Numbered from the stretch's first letter, positions 10,180 to 19,447 are shown. The stretch is 32,000 nucleotides of DNA from Candidatus Jordarchaeales archaeon (GCA_038858525.1 JAWCFL010000004.1:52353-84352); one strand, 5' to 3'. Numbers and translations are program-made. The notes: generated by a model not told the origin, from the letters alone.

Positions 10180-10518
10180 ATGGTGAATGTACCATTGAAA
10201 AGAATGATTTTAATACAGATCGCAGCGGCGCTTTTAGCGGTAGCCTTAGCATATGCCACTTCGCTTGTGCTCGCACAGATACCGTCATATATCACTTTGA
10301 TGGAGCCGTCCCTTGAAAGTGGATTAGGAAAACTCGGCGCCGGGGTAGCTATAGGCATAGCGGGCCTTGGAGCAGGTATAGGCATGGGGACTGCAGGTGC
10401 AGCAGCAATCGGAGCAATAGCTGAGAGACCTGAAGTCTTCGGTAGGACGATGATATACATCGTATTCATAGAAGCCATCGCGATTTACGCGCTGGTTATA
10501 GCTTTCATGGTGATGTAA
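10180..10518 (+). CDS. atpK: A/V-type ATP synthase subunit K (c, proteolipid), single hairpin with N-terminal leader
   Basis: GAGVAIGIAGLGAGIGMG...AIAERPE...VFIEAIAIYALVIAF with the conserved Glu. AGGTGG SD at 10169-10174 favours ATG 10180. Confidence 0.95.
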   Translation: MVNVPLKRMILIQIAAALLAVALAYATSLVLAQIPSYITLMEPSLESGLGKLGAGVAIGIAGLGAGIGMGTAGAAAIGAIAERPEVFGRTMIYIVFIEAIAIYALVIAFMVM

Positions 10519-10560
10519 AAAATCATACATTTTATTATTTTTTTACTAATAAATTAAAAG
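10519..10560. terminator. AT/T-rich tract between convergent atpK and atpE, probable archaeal terminator region
   Basis: ttttattattttttt run just after the atpK stop. Confidence 0.4.
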
Positions 10561-10719
10561 CTAACTTCCTTCTTCATTTCTTAAAGAAGGAATCAACAAA
10601 AACTTGTATTTAGCGCAATTTTCGTCTCGTTCAAACAACTGAGAAGAATAAGAAGATATTTTTCCTCAAAAATAAGAGGGTTATCCTTTGTTTTAAAGAA
10701 ACCGAAATATATACTAAAA

Positions 10720-11379
10720 CTAAGTGAACAGGATTCTAGCTATTTTTGTCCTTAGTTCTTTCTCTTTTCTCTCGAAGACTGCTTCAAACGTGTTGTCCAC
10801 CAGCAAGCTTCCATCCTTCCTTCGTATTATCGCGCCGCCAGTTGCATATACGGTATCTTTCGCTTTCTCAATCGTCGTTCTTACTCCTGTTTTCTTACTA
10901 ACCTCCTCCGCTATTTTTTCTAGGTTTAAGTTTATGCCTACATGTTTCTCTGGAAGAACAACCTCCAGTTCTCCGCCTCCCAGAGTTAGTGCCCCTCTCT
11001 CAATTATTTTTTCAAGCGTTTGAGCGTAATCCTTTGAGGACGCAAGCGCTTCAAGCTTTTTTCTTGCCTCCTCGAATACTCTTCTTATTCCCTCTTCCTT
11101 GGTTTTTGTCACTATTTGTCTTGCCTTTAGTTTCGCCTCAGCTATTATTTTCCGTTTCTCCCTCTCAGCATCCTCGCCTCCTCTTCTCAGTATTTCACTA
11201 GCCTTCCTCTCGGCTCTTCTCTCCGCCTCCTCAATAACTTTAGCCTCTCTCTTGTGTGCCTCATTTAGTATTTCGCTAGCCTGCTTTTCAGCGTACTCCA
11301 TTATTTTCTTTCTTATCTTTTCTAGGCGATCCTCAACAGGTGTTTCCTCGAAAACTTTGACCTCAACTTCCTCGCTCAA
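10720..11379 (-). CDS. atpE: A/V-type ATP synthase subunit E
   Basis: Charged N-terminal helix (AEREKRKIIAEAKLKARQ), then GGAIIRRKDGSLLVDNTFEAVFER...IARILF. TTG start overlaps the atpH stop (TTGA). Confidence 0.93.
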   Translation of the reverse strand: MSEEVEVKVFEETPVEDRLEKIRKKIMEYAEKQASEILNEAHKREAKVIEEAERRAERKASEILRRGGEDAEREKRKIIAEAKLKARQIVTKTKEEGIRRVFEEARKKLEALASSKDYAQTLEKIIERGALTLGGGELEVVLPEKHVGINLNLEKIAEEVSKKTGVRTTIEKAKDTVYATGGAIIRRKDGSLLVDNTFEAVFERKEKELRTKIARILFT

Positions 11380-11708
11380 CTTGACCCCCCAGAGAGTATT
11401 GAATTCAAAACTACGCTAATAGCTTCCTCAAGCTTCCTCTCCACTTGGCTTCTAATGGCAGCCACTTCTTCCTCAGCTTTTTTAATGATCTCCTCAGCTT
11501 CCTTCTGCGCCTCTTTTCTCGCGTTCTCTAATCTTTTCTCTGCCTCCTTCTTCGCCCTTTCAACCTTTTCGCTTTCTATCCGCTTCGCCTTCTCCTCAGC
11601 TTCTGCCTCTAGTCTTTTCGCTTCTTCACTCGCCTCCAAAATCCTCTTTCCCGCCTCAGCCTCAAACTTCCGGATCTCCTTGAGCGTCTCGGAAGCCACG
11701 GTCATCAC
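11376..11708 (-). CDS. atpH: A/V-type ATP synthase subunit H (G), peripheral stalk
   Basis: 110-aa A/E/K coiled coil (ETLKEIRKFEAEA...LEEAISVVLNSIL) directly upstream of E. True start may be GTG 11699 (GAGGTGA SD spacing). Confidence 0.8.
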   Translation of the reverse strand: MMTVASETLKEIRKFEAEAGKRILEASEEAKRLEAEAEEKAKRIESEKVERAKKEAEKRLENARKEAQKEAEEIIKKAEEEVAAIRSQVERKLEEAISVVLNSILSGGSS

Positions 11709-11857
11709 CTCTCACGCACCCCAATGATGAAATCTCACACTTTAATCTTTCGATCGCAACCCAGAGAACTGTTAGAACAACTAACCCTGCGCCTCCATGA
11801 GCTTGCACTTTCACTTCAGACCACCCAGAAAACATTTATTTTCAAGCTTCCTTTTAG

Positions 11858-12343
11858 TTGAAAGGGTGGTGGGGGTTCTTGATCCGTTTGCATCATGTCG
11901 GTGTAGTTGTGGAAGATTTAATGTCGGCTATATCGAAGTTTTGTCGTGCGCTTGGCGTGGATGAGAAGAAGATAGTTGTTCATCGTGGCCAGTACTCCAC
12001 TAGGGACGGAGAAGTGGAGGAATTCGAATACGCGTTTATTCCTTCTGGTAATGGGACCATGATAGAACTTGTGACGCCTAAGAGTGAAGGACCGACGATG
12101 AGGTTCCTCAGGAAGAGGGGTGAAGGTCTTTTCCACTTGGCGTTTGAAGTGGACGACGTTTATTCGACCATTGAAAAGTTTAAGGAGGCCGGTATACCCT
12201 TCGCGGGGGAAAACCCGACAGGGGAGCTCGTCTCTGTTTTCTTCCACCCGAAGCACGCTCACGGCGTTCTTCTCCAAGTAGTAAAGAAAGGGCTCTTCCT
12301 CCCTGATGGAGAAATTAACCCAGAAACCCTACTGAAAACCTAA
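11858..12343 (+). CDS. VOC-family protein, methylmalonyl-CoA epimerase-like
   Basis: LHHVGVVVEDL, IELVTP, FLRKRGEGLFHLAFEVDDV, FFHPKHAHGVLLQVV. Likely start TTG 11879. Confidence 0.8.
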   Translation: MKGWWGFLIRLHHVGVVVEDLMSAISKFCRALGVDEKKIVVHRGQYSTRDGEVEEFEYAFIPSGNGTMIELVTPKSEGPTMRFLRKRGEGLFHLAFEVDDVYSTIEKFKEAGIPFAGENPTGELVSVFFHPKHAHGVLLQVVKKGLFLPDGEINPETLLKT

Positions 12344-12394
12344 AAAAGCGCTTAGGTTGAGCCCGGGTAGTGAAGACTAGATGGTGGTGGTTGC

Positions 12395-12913
12395 TTGAGG
12401 GCACGTAAGCATGGCAGCGTCATTCTGGGTGAGGCAAGCCGTATAGATGTTTTCGCTGAAGCCCTCGACCGTGAGCTCTCATTCACTCATTTAAGAGTTA
12501 AGAGGATGGGTGCTTACGAGTGGAAGCTACGCATGGGTCTTGGTGTTAAGGGTTCCCTCCGCCTGCTCCAAGTGGACGGCGACCTGCGATATGAACTCTC
12601 ATTGGAACTGAGCAGAATACCTCTCCTTCTCTCGTTAGCTATAGCAGCAATCTCCCTCCTCGTCTCCATAATTTTCTTCTTCTTTGGTTTCCTCCTTTTC
12701 TTCTTTCTGTTCCCGTTGGCGGTGGGCTTCTGGAATATCGAGAAAGCTGAAAAGGAAACGCTGGAAGCATTAGAGGCGGCACAACTTCGCGTATTCGGCG
12801 AACTAAAGTCTCTACCACAGAGAGAGCAAACATGTCCCGCATGTGGTTTCAAGCCGCCGAAGTGGGCAATATATTGTCCACGATGCGGTGCTGAACTGCG
12901 AAGCTGGCACTAA
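12395..12913 (+). CDS. Membrane protein with C-terminal zinc ribbon
   Basis: Hydrophobic stretch IPLLLSLAIAAISLLVSIIFFFFGFLLFFFLFPLAVGFW, and CPACG...CPRCG. Confidence 0.75.
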   Translation: MRARKHGSVILGEASRIDVFAEALDRELSFTHLRVKRMGAYEWKLRMGLGVKGSLRLLQVDGDLRYELSLELSRIPLLLSLAIAAISLLVSIIFFFFGFLLFFFLFPLAVGFWNIEKAEKETLEALEAAQLRVFGELKSLPQREQTCPACGFKPPKWAIYCPRCGAELRSWH

Positions 12914-13653
12914 CGGGAACCGCAGACAGGGCATTCTTTACTTCTTCTCACTTCTACTATCATGAAGCGTGGCTCCTCCCCGTCGTATATTAATAGGCGT
13001 CCGACGAGAGGCTTACCTATTCCCGTGATGACCTTTATCACCTCGTTCGTCTGCATACAGCCTAGGACTCCCGGAGTTGATGCCGCTACTGGTATTACTT
13101 CTTCGGCTGGCGGTGGATGAGGAAAAATACACTGGAGGCATGGCCCCTCTTGGGGGATTATCGTTGTCAGCTGCCCCTGAAACCCATAGACTCCTGCGTG
13201 GACGAAAACTCTCCCCTCGTTAACACAAGCCTTGTTGACCAGCATTCTAGAAGCAAAGTTGTCCATAGCGTCAACCACCACATTTGCCTTCCTAATTATT
13301 TCGTGGACATTGTCCTCGTTAACCCTCTCGTTAATGGCTTCAACAGAAACCTCCGGGTTTAGCTCTTCAATTTTTTCTTTGGCACTTTCAACCTTTGGTC
13401 TGCCTATATCTCTGCTCCAGTGGAGCACCTGCCTGTTCAAATTGCTCAACTCGACGTTGCCCATGTCTACAAGGACAAGCTTGCCCACGCCTGCCGCTGC
13501 AAGGTAAATCGATACAGGCGACCCCAGTCCTCCAACACCTATGACGGCAACGCTAGCCCTCTTAAGCCTCCTTTGCCCCTCTTCCCCCCACCCCTCAATG
13601 AGCATCTGCCTGCAGTACCTTTCAACTTCCGCCTCGCTTAGCTTCTCATCCAC
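12910..13653 (-). CDS. HesA/MoeB/ThiF family E1-like adenylyltransferase (UbaA-like)
   Basis: RYCRQM, VIGVGGLGS, VELSNLNRQVLH, DAMDNFASR, CLQC and CPVC zinc motifs. GGAGG SD. Confidence 0.92.
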   Translation of the reverse strand: MDEKLSEAEVERYCRQMLIEGWGEEGQRRLKRASVAVIGVGGLGSPVSIYLAAAGVGKLVLVDMGNVELSNLNRQVLHWSRDIGRPKVESAKEKIEELNPEVSVEAINERVNEDNVHEIIRKANVVVDAMDNFASRMLVNKACVNEGRVFVHAGVYGFQGQLTTIIPQEGPCLQCIFPHPPPAEEVIPVAASTPGVLGCMQTNEVIKVITGIGKPLVGRLLIYDGEEPRFMIVEVRRSKECPVCGSR

Positions 13654-15452
13654 AGAGAACCTCCTTCCAGCCTCTTCATAAGCATAACATAGAAAGCGTG
13701 AGACCAGCCTAAAGGTGTTGCTGATAAGGGCTTCCCCTTCTTTCTATGTACCTGCTCAGGTATCAGTCCAAGTTTAGAATGAGCTAGGCACCACTCGGCA
13801 AGCTCCTCCGCCTCTTCTCTCCTCCCCAGCTCCGCCTTATAAAGCGCCAGCCAGAGAGTTGCAACGGTCCAGAAGTTTCCTCCAAAATACTTATCCTTCT
13901 TATACCTGAAAACTCCTTCCCTACGCTTCAGCTCCCTTTCAAGCCACTCGGCGGTAGCCCTCATTTTGGTACTGGCCGGTTCCACGAACATGTATGGAAC
14001 GGCTAGTCCTAGAAGAGATGAATCAGGCGTTGGATCCGGCTTCAAACCATTGGCGCTTAGAGCTCGAACATAGTGTTCCCCATTCCAGAAGAATTGGTCG
14101 AAGCTTTCCTTCAGCTTACGAGCCGCCTCACGCCACGCCTCACCCCTCTCACCGCTCCCTAATTCCTCCATCATCTTCGCCGCGCTTTCTAGTCCGGCGT
14201 AAACTGCCGCTGTGGAGTAAGCATGCACCCCTCTCCTTTCCTCCCACAAGTCGAAGCACGGCGCAAGAAGCCCTCTGTCATCCACCGCCCTTGCCAGTCC
14301 TTCAGCCATTTCTTCGACCATAGGCGATAGAGCTGAAAGAAGATCGTAGTCTTCAGTCATTTCGATGTGCTTTCTTAGCCCCCATAAGACTGTCCCAGTC
14401 TCGTCTAACTGAACGTCTCCCCACTGGGATGCAAGTCTCCCATCACAACAATATCTCTGGAGGAGTAGTCCTCCTTTCTTTTTGAGCCCCGAACACCAAA
14501 TGTAAAACTTTCTTGATAGTTCATGATAGCCTGCAATATCGAAAGCATAAGCGATGAACGTGGCGTCCCTGCCCCAAACATACCTGTAGCCTCCGCTATG
14601 CTGAAGCTTCGGGTCAAATTCAGGAGCGGCAATTATCCCGCCTCCACCATCGCACAGAAGCCTCATAGCAAGTAGGGAGCGAGCAACCCCTATGCCGTCT
14701 ATCCTGCTCCTAGAAGTAAAGTTATTTCCTTCATTGATAGCCTCCTCTAAGTGCTTTTTGACTGGCTCCTTTGCTTTTTCGTTGAGGAGAAAAATGGCGT
14801 CATCATCAGTCTCGCCACAGCACACGTAAACGGTGACTTCTCCCTCTCTGCCAGACAATTTTCCCAAATCCCACTTTAAGTAGCCTCCTACGTCTCCTAT
14901 GGCGTAACGGTTGCCGCGTCCTCCTCTAATCTTCCACCTGAGACCAAATGAATTCCATCTATCCATTCTGAAGCATGAGTACTCATTTACAGGTCTGTCG
15001 CCTCCAACTGCGAAGTAATACCCTCTCTTGTAGAACACCATCGCCTCTCTTTCTACGTCGTAGAAGACGGCGTTACCTATCTCGCTTTCTGAAATTTTGA
15101 AATGCCCGAAAAACTCGATAGCAATGTTTCCCTCTCTATTATGTACTCCCGACACTTTGAAAGAGAAAACAGCAACATCTTCATTGGGCAAAGCAAAAAC
15201 ATACCTAGCAACATGCCAACCCCCCTTCCAACTGTTAAGAAAAATCACATTAGCCCCATTAATGTAATTTGCTTGATGCTTCCATCCGTCGCCCAGCCAC
15301 TCCCCACGCCCTTTCCAAGAGAAACCAAAACTAATCCTTTCTACGTGATTCGGGAAGTCTATCATGGGCCATGAAAGCCACCTCACATCCCCTTCCCAGC
15401 TAAGAACCCCCAGCATTCGCCCGTTACCAAAAATCCCATTAGCCTCTATCAA
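13638..15452 (-). CDS. Glycoside hydrolase family 15 (glucoamylase/trehalase-like)
   Basis: GIIAAP, YRYVWGRDA, QLDETG, DLWEE (general acid), DSSLLGL, GLIPEQV (general base), PLGWSHA. Confidence 0.92.
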   Translation of the reverse strand: MIEANGIFGNGRMLGVLSWEGDVRWLSWPMIDFPNHVERISFGFSWKGRGEWLGDGWKHQANYINGANVIFLNSWKGGWHVARYVFALPNEDVAVFSFKVSGVHNREGNIAIEFFGHFKISESEIGNAVFYDVEREAMVFYKRGYYFAVGGDRPVNEYSCFRMDRWNSFGLRWKIRGGRGNRYAIGDVGGYLKWDLGKLSGREGEVTVYVCCGETDDDAIFLLNEKAKEPVKKHLEEAINEGNNFTSRSRIDGIGVARSLLAMRLLCDGGGGIIAAPEFDPKLQHSGGYRYVWGRDATFIAYAFDIAGYHELSRKFYIWCSGLKKKGGLLLQRYCCDGRLASQWGDVQLDETGTVLWGLRKHIEMTEDYDLLSALSPMVEEMAEGLARAVDDRGLLAPCFDLWEERRGVHAYSTAAVYAGLESAAKMMEELGSGERGEAWREAARKLKESFDQFFWNGEHYVRALSANGLKPDPTPDSSLLGLAVPYMFVEPASTKMRATAEWLERELKRREGVFRYKKDKYFGGNFWTVATLWLALYKAELGRREEAEELAEWCLAHSKLGLIPEQVHRKKGKPLSATPLGWSHAFYVMLMKRLEGGSLWMRS

Positions 15453-15604
15453 TTTCAGTCACGCGTCCATTCTCCCTCTCTCCTCCTAACATGGAGAGAG
15501 AAAAATAAAAAAATACCTACACCTAACTGAGACTCATCTGAAAACAATTGGTCTTAGCGGCCCATTTCTGATAAGACGTTTAGTTGGAAATCGAGCTCCA
15601 CCGC

Positions 15605-16375
15605 TTATTCAAGTTGTGCTCCGCAGTTTGGACAGTAAATAGCAAATAATGGGGTTTCAGAACCGCAGTGTTGACAGAACTTTTTTCCTGGAGGTGGCGT
15701 TGGAACCTTCTCTATAGGTATTTTCTCTTTCCCTTTCGTGACGACAAGCTTTCCCGACTCACGCATCCAGGTAAACATGTTCTCAACTAGCCTAGCATTG
15801 TCAAACCTTCTAAGGAAGTTCGTGGAGAAGAGCATCGTGCTTGCAACGTAAATGAACTTCCCCTCCTCATATTCCCTGACTGCGACAACGGGGAATGACC
15901 TAACTCCCAGCGGAACCCTGACTACATGCTCCCATTCAAAACTCATCATTGTCGTTCTAAACCATGGGGCTTGCAGCTTGCTGACACCCTTTACAAATGG
16001 GTGAGGAGAGAAATCTGTTGCAACCCTTGAACTTGCACCCAGATAATCTATCCCTAGCATGTTAACGAAGTTCTCCTTGTATTCTCTACTGCTATAGCTC
16101 GGAGTGAAAAGCACTAGGCCACCACTCTTAACAAACTCAATGACCGCCTGCATTTCGTCAAGCCTAAACTCTGTTCCTCTAACGCCTCTCCTAGGACCTA
16201 TCATGACTAAAGCCGAATAGTCCCCCAAAAGCGCAGGAGTAAGCGGGCTTGAAGCGTTTATGTAAAGCTCTATTCCCCAATTGCCAACCATCCTGTTCTT
16301 TAAATCATTATATATTCTAAGCCTAGTTTCCTCGTTATGAAACTCATCCATTAAAACCCTTATTGACCCCGACAT
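15605..16375 (-). CDS. GATase1-like/DUF4350 (GIFT-like) domain protein with C-terminal zinc ribbon
   Basis: RVLMDEFHNE...YSALVMIGP...EMQAVIEFVKSGGLVL...DNARLVENMFTW, then CQHC...CPNC. AGGTGA SD. Confidence 0.7.
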   Translation of the reverse strand: MSGSIRVLMDEFHNEETRLRIYNDLKNRMVGNWGIELYINASSPLTPALLGDYSALVMIGPRRGVRGTEFRLDEMQAVIEFVKSGGLVLFTPSYSSREYKENFVNMLGIDYLGASSRVATDFSPHPFVKGVSKLQAPWFRTTMMSFEWEHVVRVPLGVRSFPVVAVREYEEGKFIYVASTMLFSTNFLRRFDNARLVENMFTWMRESGKLVVTKGKEKIPIEKVPTPPPGKKFCQHCGSETPLFAIYCPNCGAQLE

Positions 16376-16920
16376 TTAGTTCACCTTCTCAGCCGTCTCC
16401 CCGTCTTCAATCTCTCTCCAGTTCCTCTAATTAAAAGATTATGTTAACTAATATAAAAGTAGTTTTGATGGCAATGAAACCACCATGAATAACATTAGCG
16501 TCCATGAAGAGTAAGTTCTTTGTTAAGTCCCCCGTCACTTTACTTTATTGTATCTTTACCACGTAATCGGCAATTCCTTCTTAAATGAGTAGACCTTCAT
16601 GGATGTTCCTCGTTAATCCTGTAGACGTCCAAGATAAGCCTTCCTAGTGGAAATAATGCAACTATTGACGCGTACTATTGCCATCCTACCATGGTAGTGA
16701 AACCATCAAAGCAAAGCCGATAGAGGAAAATATGAAAAAACCATGGTCTCGCAACAACCCCCCTATTATCTGAACTTTCATATCTTATCCGGAATGATAA
16801 TGCTCCAATTTCATAAGTTGATGACTAAATTGCATTAAATTTAATAACGTGAAACGCTCTCTTCTCTCTCTTAAGTGAATTTCGTGACGGCTCTATTTTG
16901 AAATTTGGGAAAAAAGGGGA

Positions 16921-17415
16921 GTGTTGTTGGTGAAGTTTGACTTAAAGAAAAAGCTGAATGGCATGCTTCAAGTAGACTCAAGAACTTGGATGTGGAAAAT
17001 TCAGGTTGACCTGCAGAAGCTGGCTTCTTACTCGAAAAGCTCTGATCCCCGCTTCCTCGGAGGCGACTTAGCATCCTTGAGCGAAATATATACTGTTTCC
17101 GAAATAAACACTGTTTTCAGTGACCACGTAGGTGTCGCGACGATATTCGACGACATTGCTTCGTTTCCTCACGACCAGATACTGGCAAAGAGAGTTTCAT
17201 TTATAGTAGCTTATCCATTGATCTTTAGGGGAAACTTTTCGGTCAAGTATTTAGAGGAGCGTAGTGCTGGAAAGCTCAAGTATGCCCGGGCGAAGCTCGA
17301 CGTCTACGATAAAGACCAAGACAAGGAAATCGGCGTAGTATATGCTATGTTTAACGAGAAAGAGGAATTCGTCGGCTTCACAACGCCGCCAGACTCTTTC
17401 CTACTGAGCATTTAA
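16921..17415 (+). CDS. Hypothetical protein (alpha/beta, soluble)
   Basis: 164-aa ORF with plausible composition, AGGGGA upstream, convergent with the next gene. No motif recognised. Confidence 0.6.
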   Translation: MLLVKFDLKKKLNGMLQVDSRTWMWKIQVDLQKLASYSKSSDPRFLGGDLASLSEIYTVSEINTVFSDHVGVATIFDDIASFPHDQILAKRVSFIVAYPLIFRGNFSVKYLEERSAGKLKYARAKLDVYDKDQDKEIGVVYAMFNEKEEFVGFTTPPDSFLLSI

Positions 17416-17429
17416 AAGCAAGCCCTCAA

Positions 17430-17915
17430 TCACTCCTTTTTCGAATCTTCACCCAACAGCTTTTTAAACTCCTCGACAACACTAGTGAATTTCCCCTCCT
17501 CAGCAAGCCCCCACTCCTCGTCAACCTCGACAGTTTTCTTTTCTCCCTTTTCTTCCACAACGCTCTCCACCTTCCCTGCCGCATCTTGAATTACTCTCTC
17601 CTCTTTTTCAGCAAAAGCGACAGGAGGTGGCTGTGCCTTCATAGTTTCCACAATAGATGATGGTATCCTGATGGTTTTCTCCTCCGCGAAGCGCTCTTCT
17701 ACTCTCCTCTCAACTAAAGCGACTCTCCCCTCAACTTCGGCAACTCTTCTTTCAAGACCGAAAAACATTTTTTCTAGAACCTCAAGCCTCCTCTCAACTT
17801 CCCTCATATACCCTGACAACATCGCCGATATTTTCTCTATTCCCTCCTTGACCGCGCCTAGTTCCAATTCTCTCTCCTTACTCCCCCCTAATTCCTCCCT
17901 CCTACGAAGAGGCAT
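17430..17915 (-). CDS. Hypothetical coiled-coil protein
   Basis: Heptad run EVERRLEVLEKMFFGLERRVAEVEGRVALVERRVEERF, and an acidic low-complexity C-half. Confidence 0.75.
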   Translation of the reverse strand: MPLRRREELGGSKERELELGAVKEGIEKISAMLSGYMREVERRLEVLEKMFFGLERRVAEVEGRVALVERRVEERFAEEKTIRIPSSIVETMKAQPPPVAFAEKEERVIQDAAGKVESVVEEKGEKKTVEVDEEWGLAEEGKFTSVVEEFKKLLGEDSKKE

Positions 17916-18045
17916 TATATCCCTCCATCAACAAACCAAATGCAATCAAAACCTCATAAGAAGCAACGGTTTATATATCTTTATTGGAAACTCCTTGTAA
18001 GAACCCGTAGCCACTTAAACATGTCCTCAAAGCGAGGTGACCTCA

Positions 18046-18717
18046 TTGAAAGTAACTGATAACGTCTACTACTACCCCGGGCGCCTCTTCGACTCTAACA
18101 TTTTCATTGTGGCCAGCCATGGCGAACTTCTCATGATCGACACAGGAACAGGAATGTTCCATGAAAACATCAAAGGGCAACTGGAGAAGGATGGGTTAAG
18201 CGTCGAAAGCGTGGCCAAAATTGTTTTAACGCATGTTCACGTGGATCACAGCGGCGGTTTAGCAAAAATAATGGAGGAATCCTCTCCAGAAGTGCTAGTC
18301 TTCCATAAAGAGGCCGACAGCATAGAAAAAGGAGGCCCATTCACATTAGCCGACGAATTCGGCATCCCCTTCACTCCAACGAAGGTTCACGTTCGCCTCA
18401 AGGAAGGAGACGTCATAGAAGTAGGCCACCTCCTCCTAGAAGTAATGAACACTCCTGGGCACACAGCAGGCTCAATATGTCTCTACGAGCCACGGGAAAA
18501 AATGCTCTTTTCCGGAGACACTGTTTTTACCGGCGGAAACTTCGGCAGAGTAGACCTCCCCACAGGAGACCTGCAGCAGCTAATCTCTTCCCTCAGACGT
18601 CTAAGCAGACTAGACGTAACATACGTTTTCCCGGGCCACCTCGACATAGCAACCAGAAAAGGAAGCGAACAAATAGCCCTCTCATTAAGATACGCCGAGC
18701 TCATGGCAAACCTATAA
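18046..18717 (+). CDS. Metallo-beta-lactamase fold hydrolase (glyoxalase II-like)
   Basis: IDTG, THVHVDHSGG, TPGHTAGS, FSGDTVF, FPGH. GAGGTGA SD (18034-18040) favours TTG 18046. Confidence 0.92.
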   Translation: MKVTDNVYYYPGRLFDSNIFIVASHGELLMIDTGTGMFHENIKGQLEKDGLSVESVAKIVLTHVHVDHSGGLAKIMEESSPEVLVFHKEADSIEKGGPFTLADEFGIPFTPTKVHVRLKEGDVIEVGHLLLEVMNTPGHTAGSICLYEPREKMLFSGDTVFTGGNFGRVDLPTGDLQQLISSLRRLSRLDVTYVFPGHLDIATRKGSEQIALSLRYAELMANL

Positions 18718-18817
18718 GCATAACAACCACAGTAACACTATAAGCTTCCGAGCACCGTCAGAGGGTATTTCAAGACGAGGCGTTTTTCATCTAACTTCTC
18801 CATAACTCCTATCCTCT

Positions 18818-19447
18818 TTATAGCTCTTCCCATCTTTCTTCCTCTTCCACAACTTCTTCCTCGCCTTCCTCTATGACTCCATATTCCTCTTTGGCTATCT
18901 GAGGTGCGTATTTTCCCTTAACTACATACCTGTAGAATACTGTTTCCCCGGCGGTAGGACTTCTTCTTGTTATTTTAATTATGTCTCCGGGTTTCGCTCC
19001 TATAGCTTTAACGGCAGGATCCGTGTCTTTTATCCTTGGCAACTGCTCCTCCCTAACGTGAAAAGTCTCAAGCAGCCATTTTCTTTCCTCTTCACTGATA
19101 ACTTCGTGCCTCGGAACCAACTCATGCTCAAATATGTTGAAGCGAGGATAGTCAACTAATAGCTCGACGCCGCTCTCCTCAGCCATCTCTTCAGCGTTAG
19201 GCGTGCTCCTCTTGCCACCCATGATCACTCCCCTACCAGCCTTGAACTCCCCCATTTTTTCTTTGACCTCCCTGATCATCGCTGTTCCGACAACTTTATT
19301 CGGAGGAGCAACCTTAACAACAAATTTTTGATTTACCCCACCCTTCTCGGCGTCAACCACGAAGAACCCTTCCCCAGTGATCTCTTTCAAATCAATAATG
19401 TTATAACCCCTAAGAGAAAGCAGCGTCCTAACCTTCTCTGAATCCAT
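18818..19447 (-). CDS. rpo5: RNA polymerase subunit Rpo5 (RpoH) with N-terminal Rpb5-jaw-like domain and acidic tail
   Basis: C-domain [14 protein letters not shown]...[43 protein letters not shown]-domain begins [24 protein letters not shown] before ATG 19447; 209 aa. Confidence 0.93.
   Translation of the reverse strand: MDSEKVRTLLSLRGYNIIDLKEITGEGFFVVDAEKGGVNQKFVVKVAPPNKVVGTAMIREVKEKMGEFKAGRGVIMGGKRSTPNAEEMAEESGVELLVDYPRFNIFEHELVPRHEVISEEERKWLLETFHVREEQLPRIKDTDPAVKAIGAKPGDIIKITRRSPTAGETVFYRYVVKGKYAPQIAKEEYGVIEEGEEEVVEEEERWEEL

Noticed and set aside
11724-11790. ATGATGA C-box-like word suggesting a box C/D sRNA
   Set aside because: No properly placed CTGA D box or terminal stem
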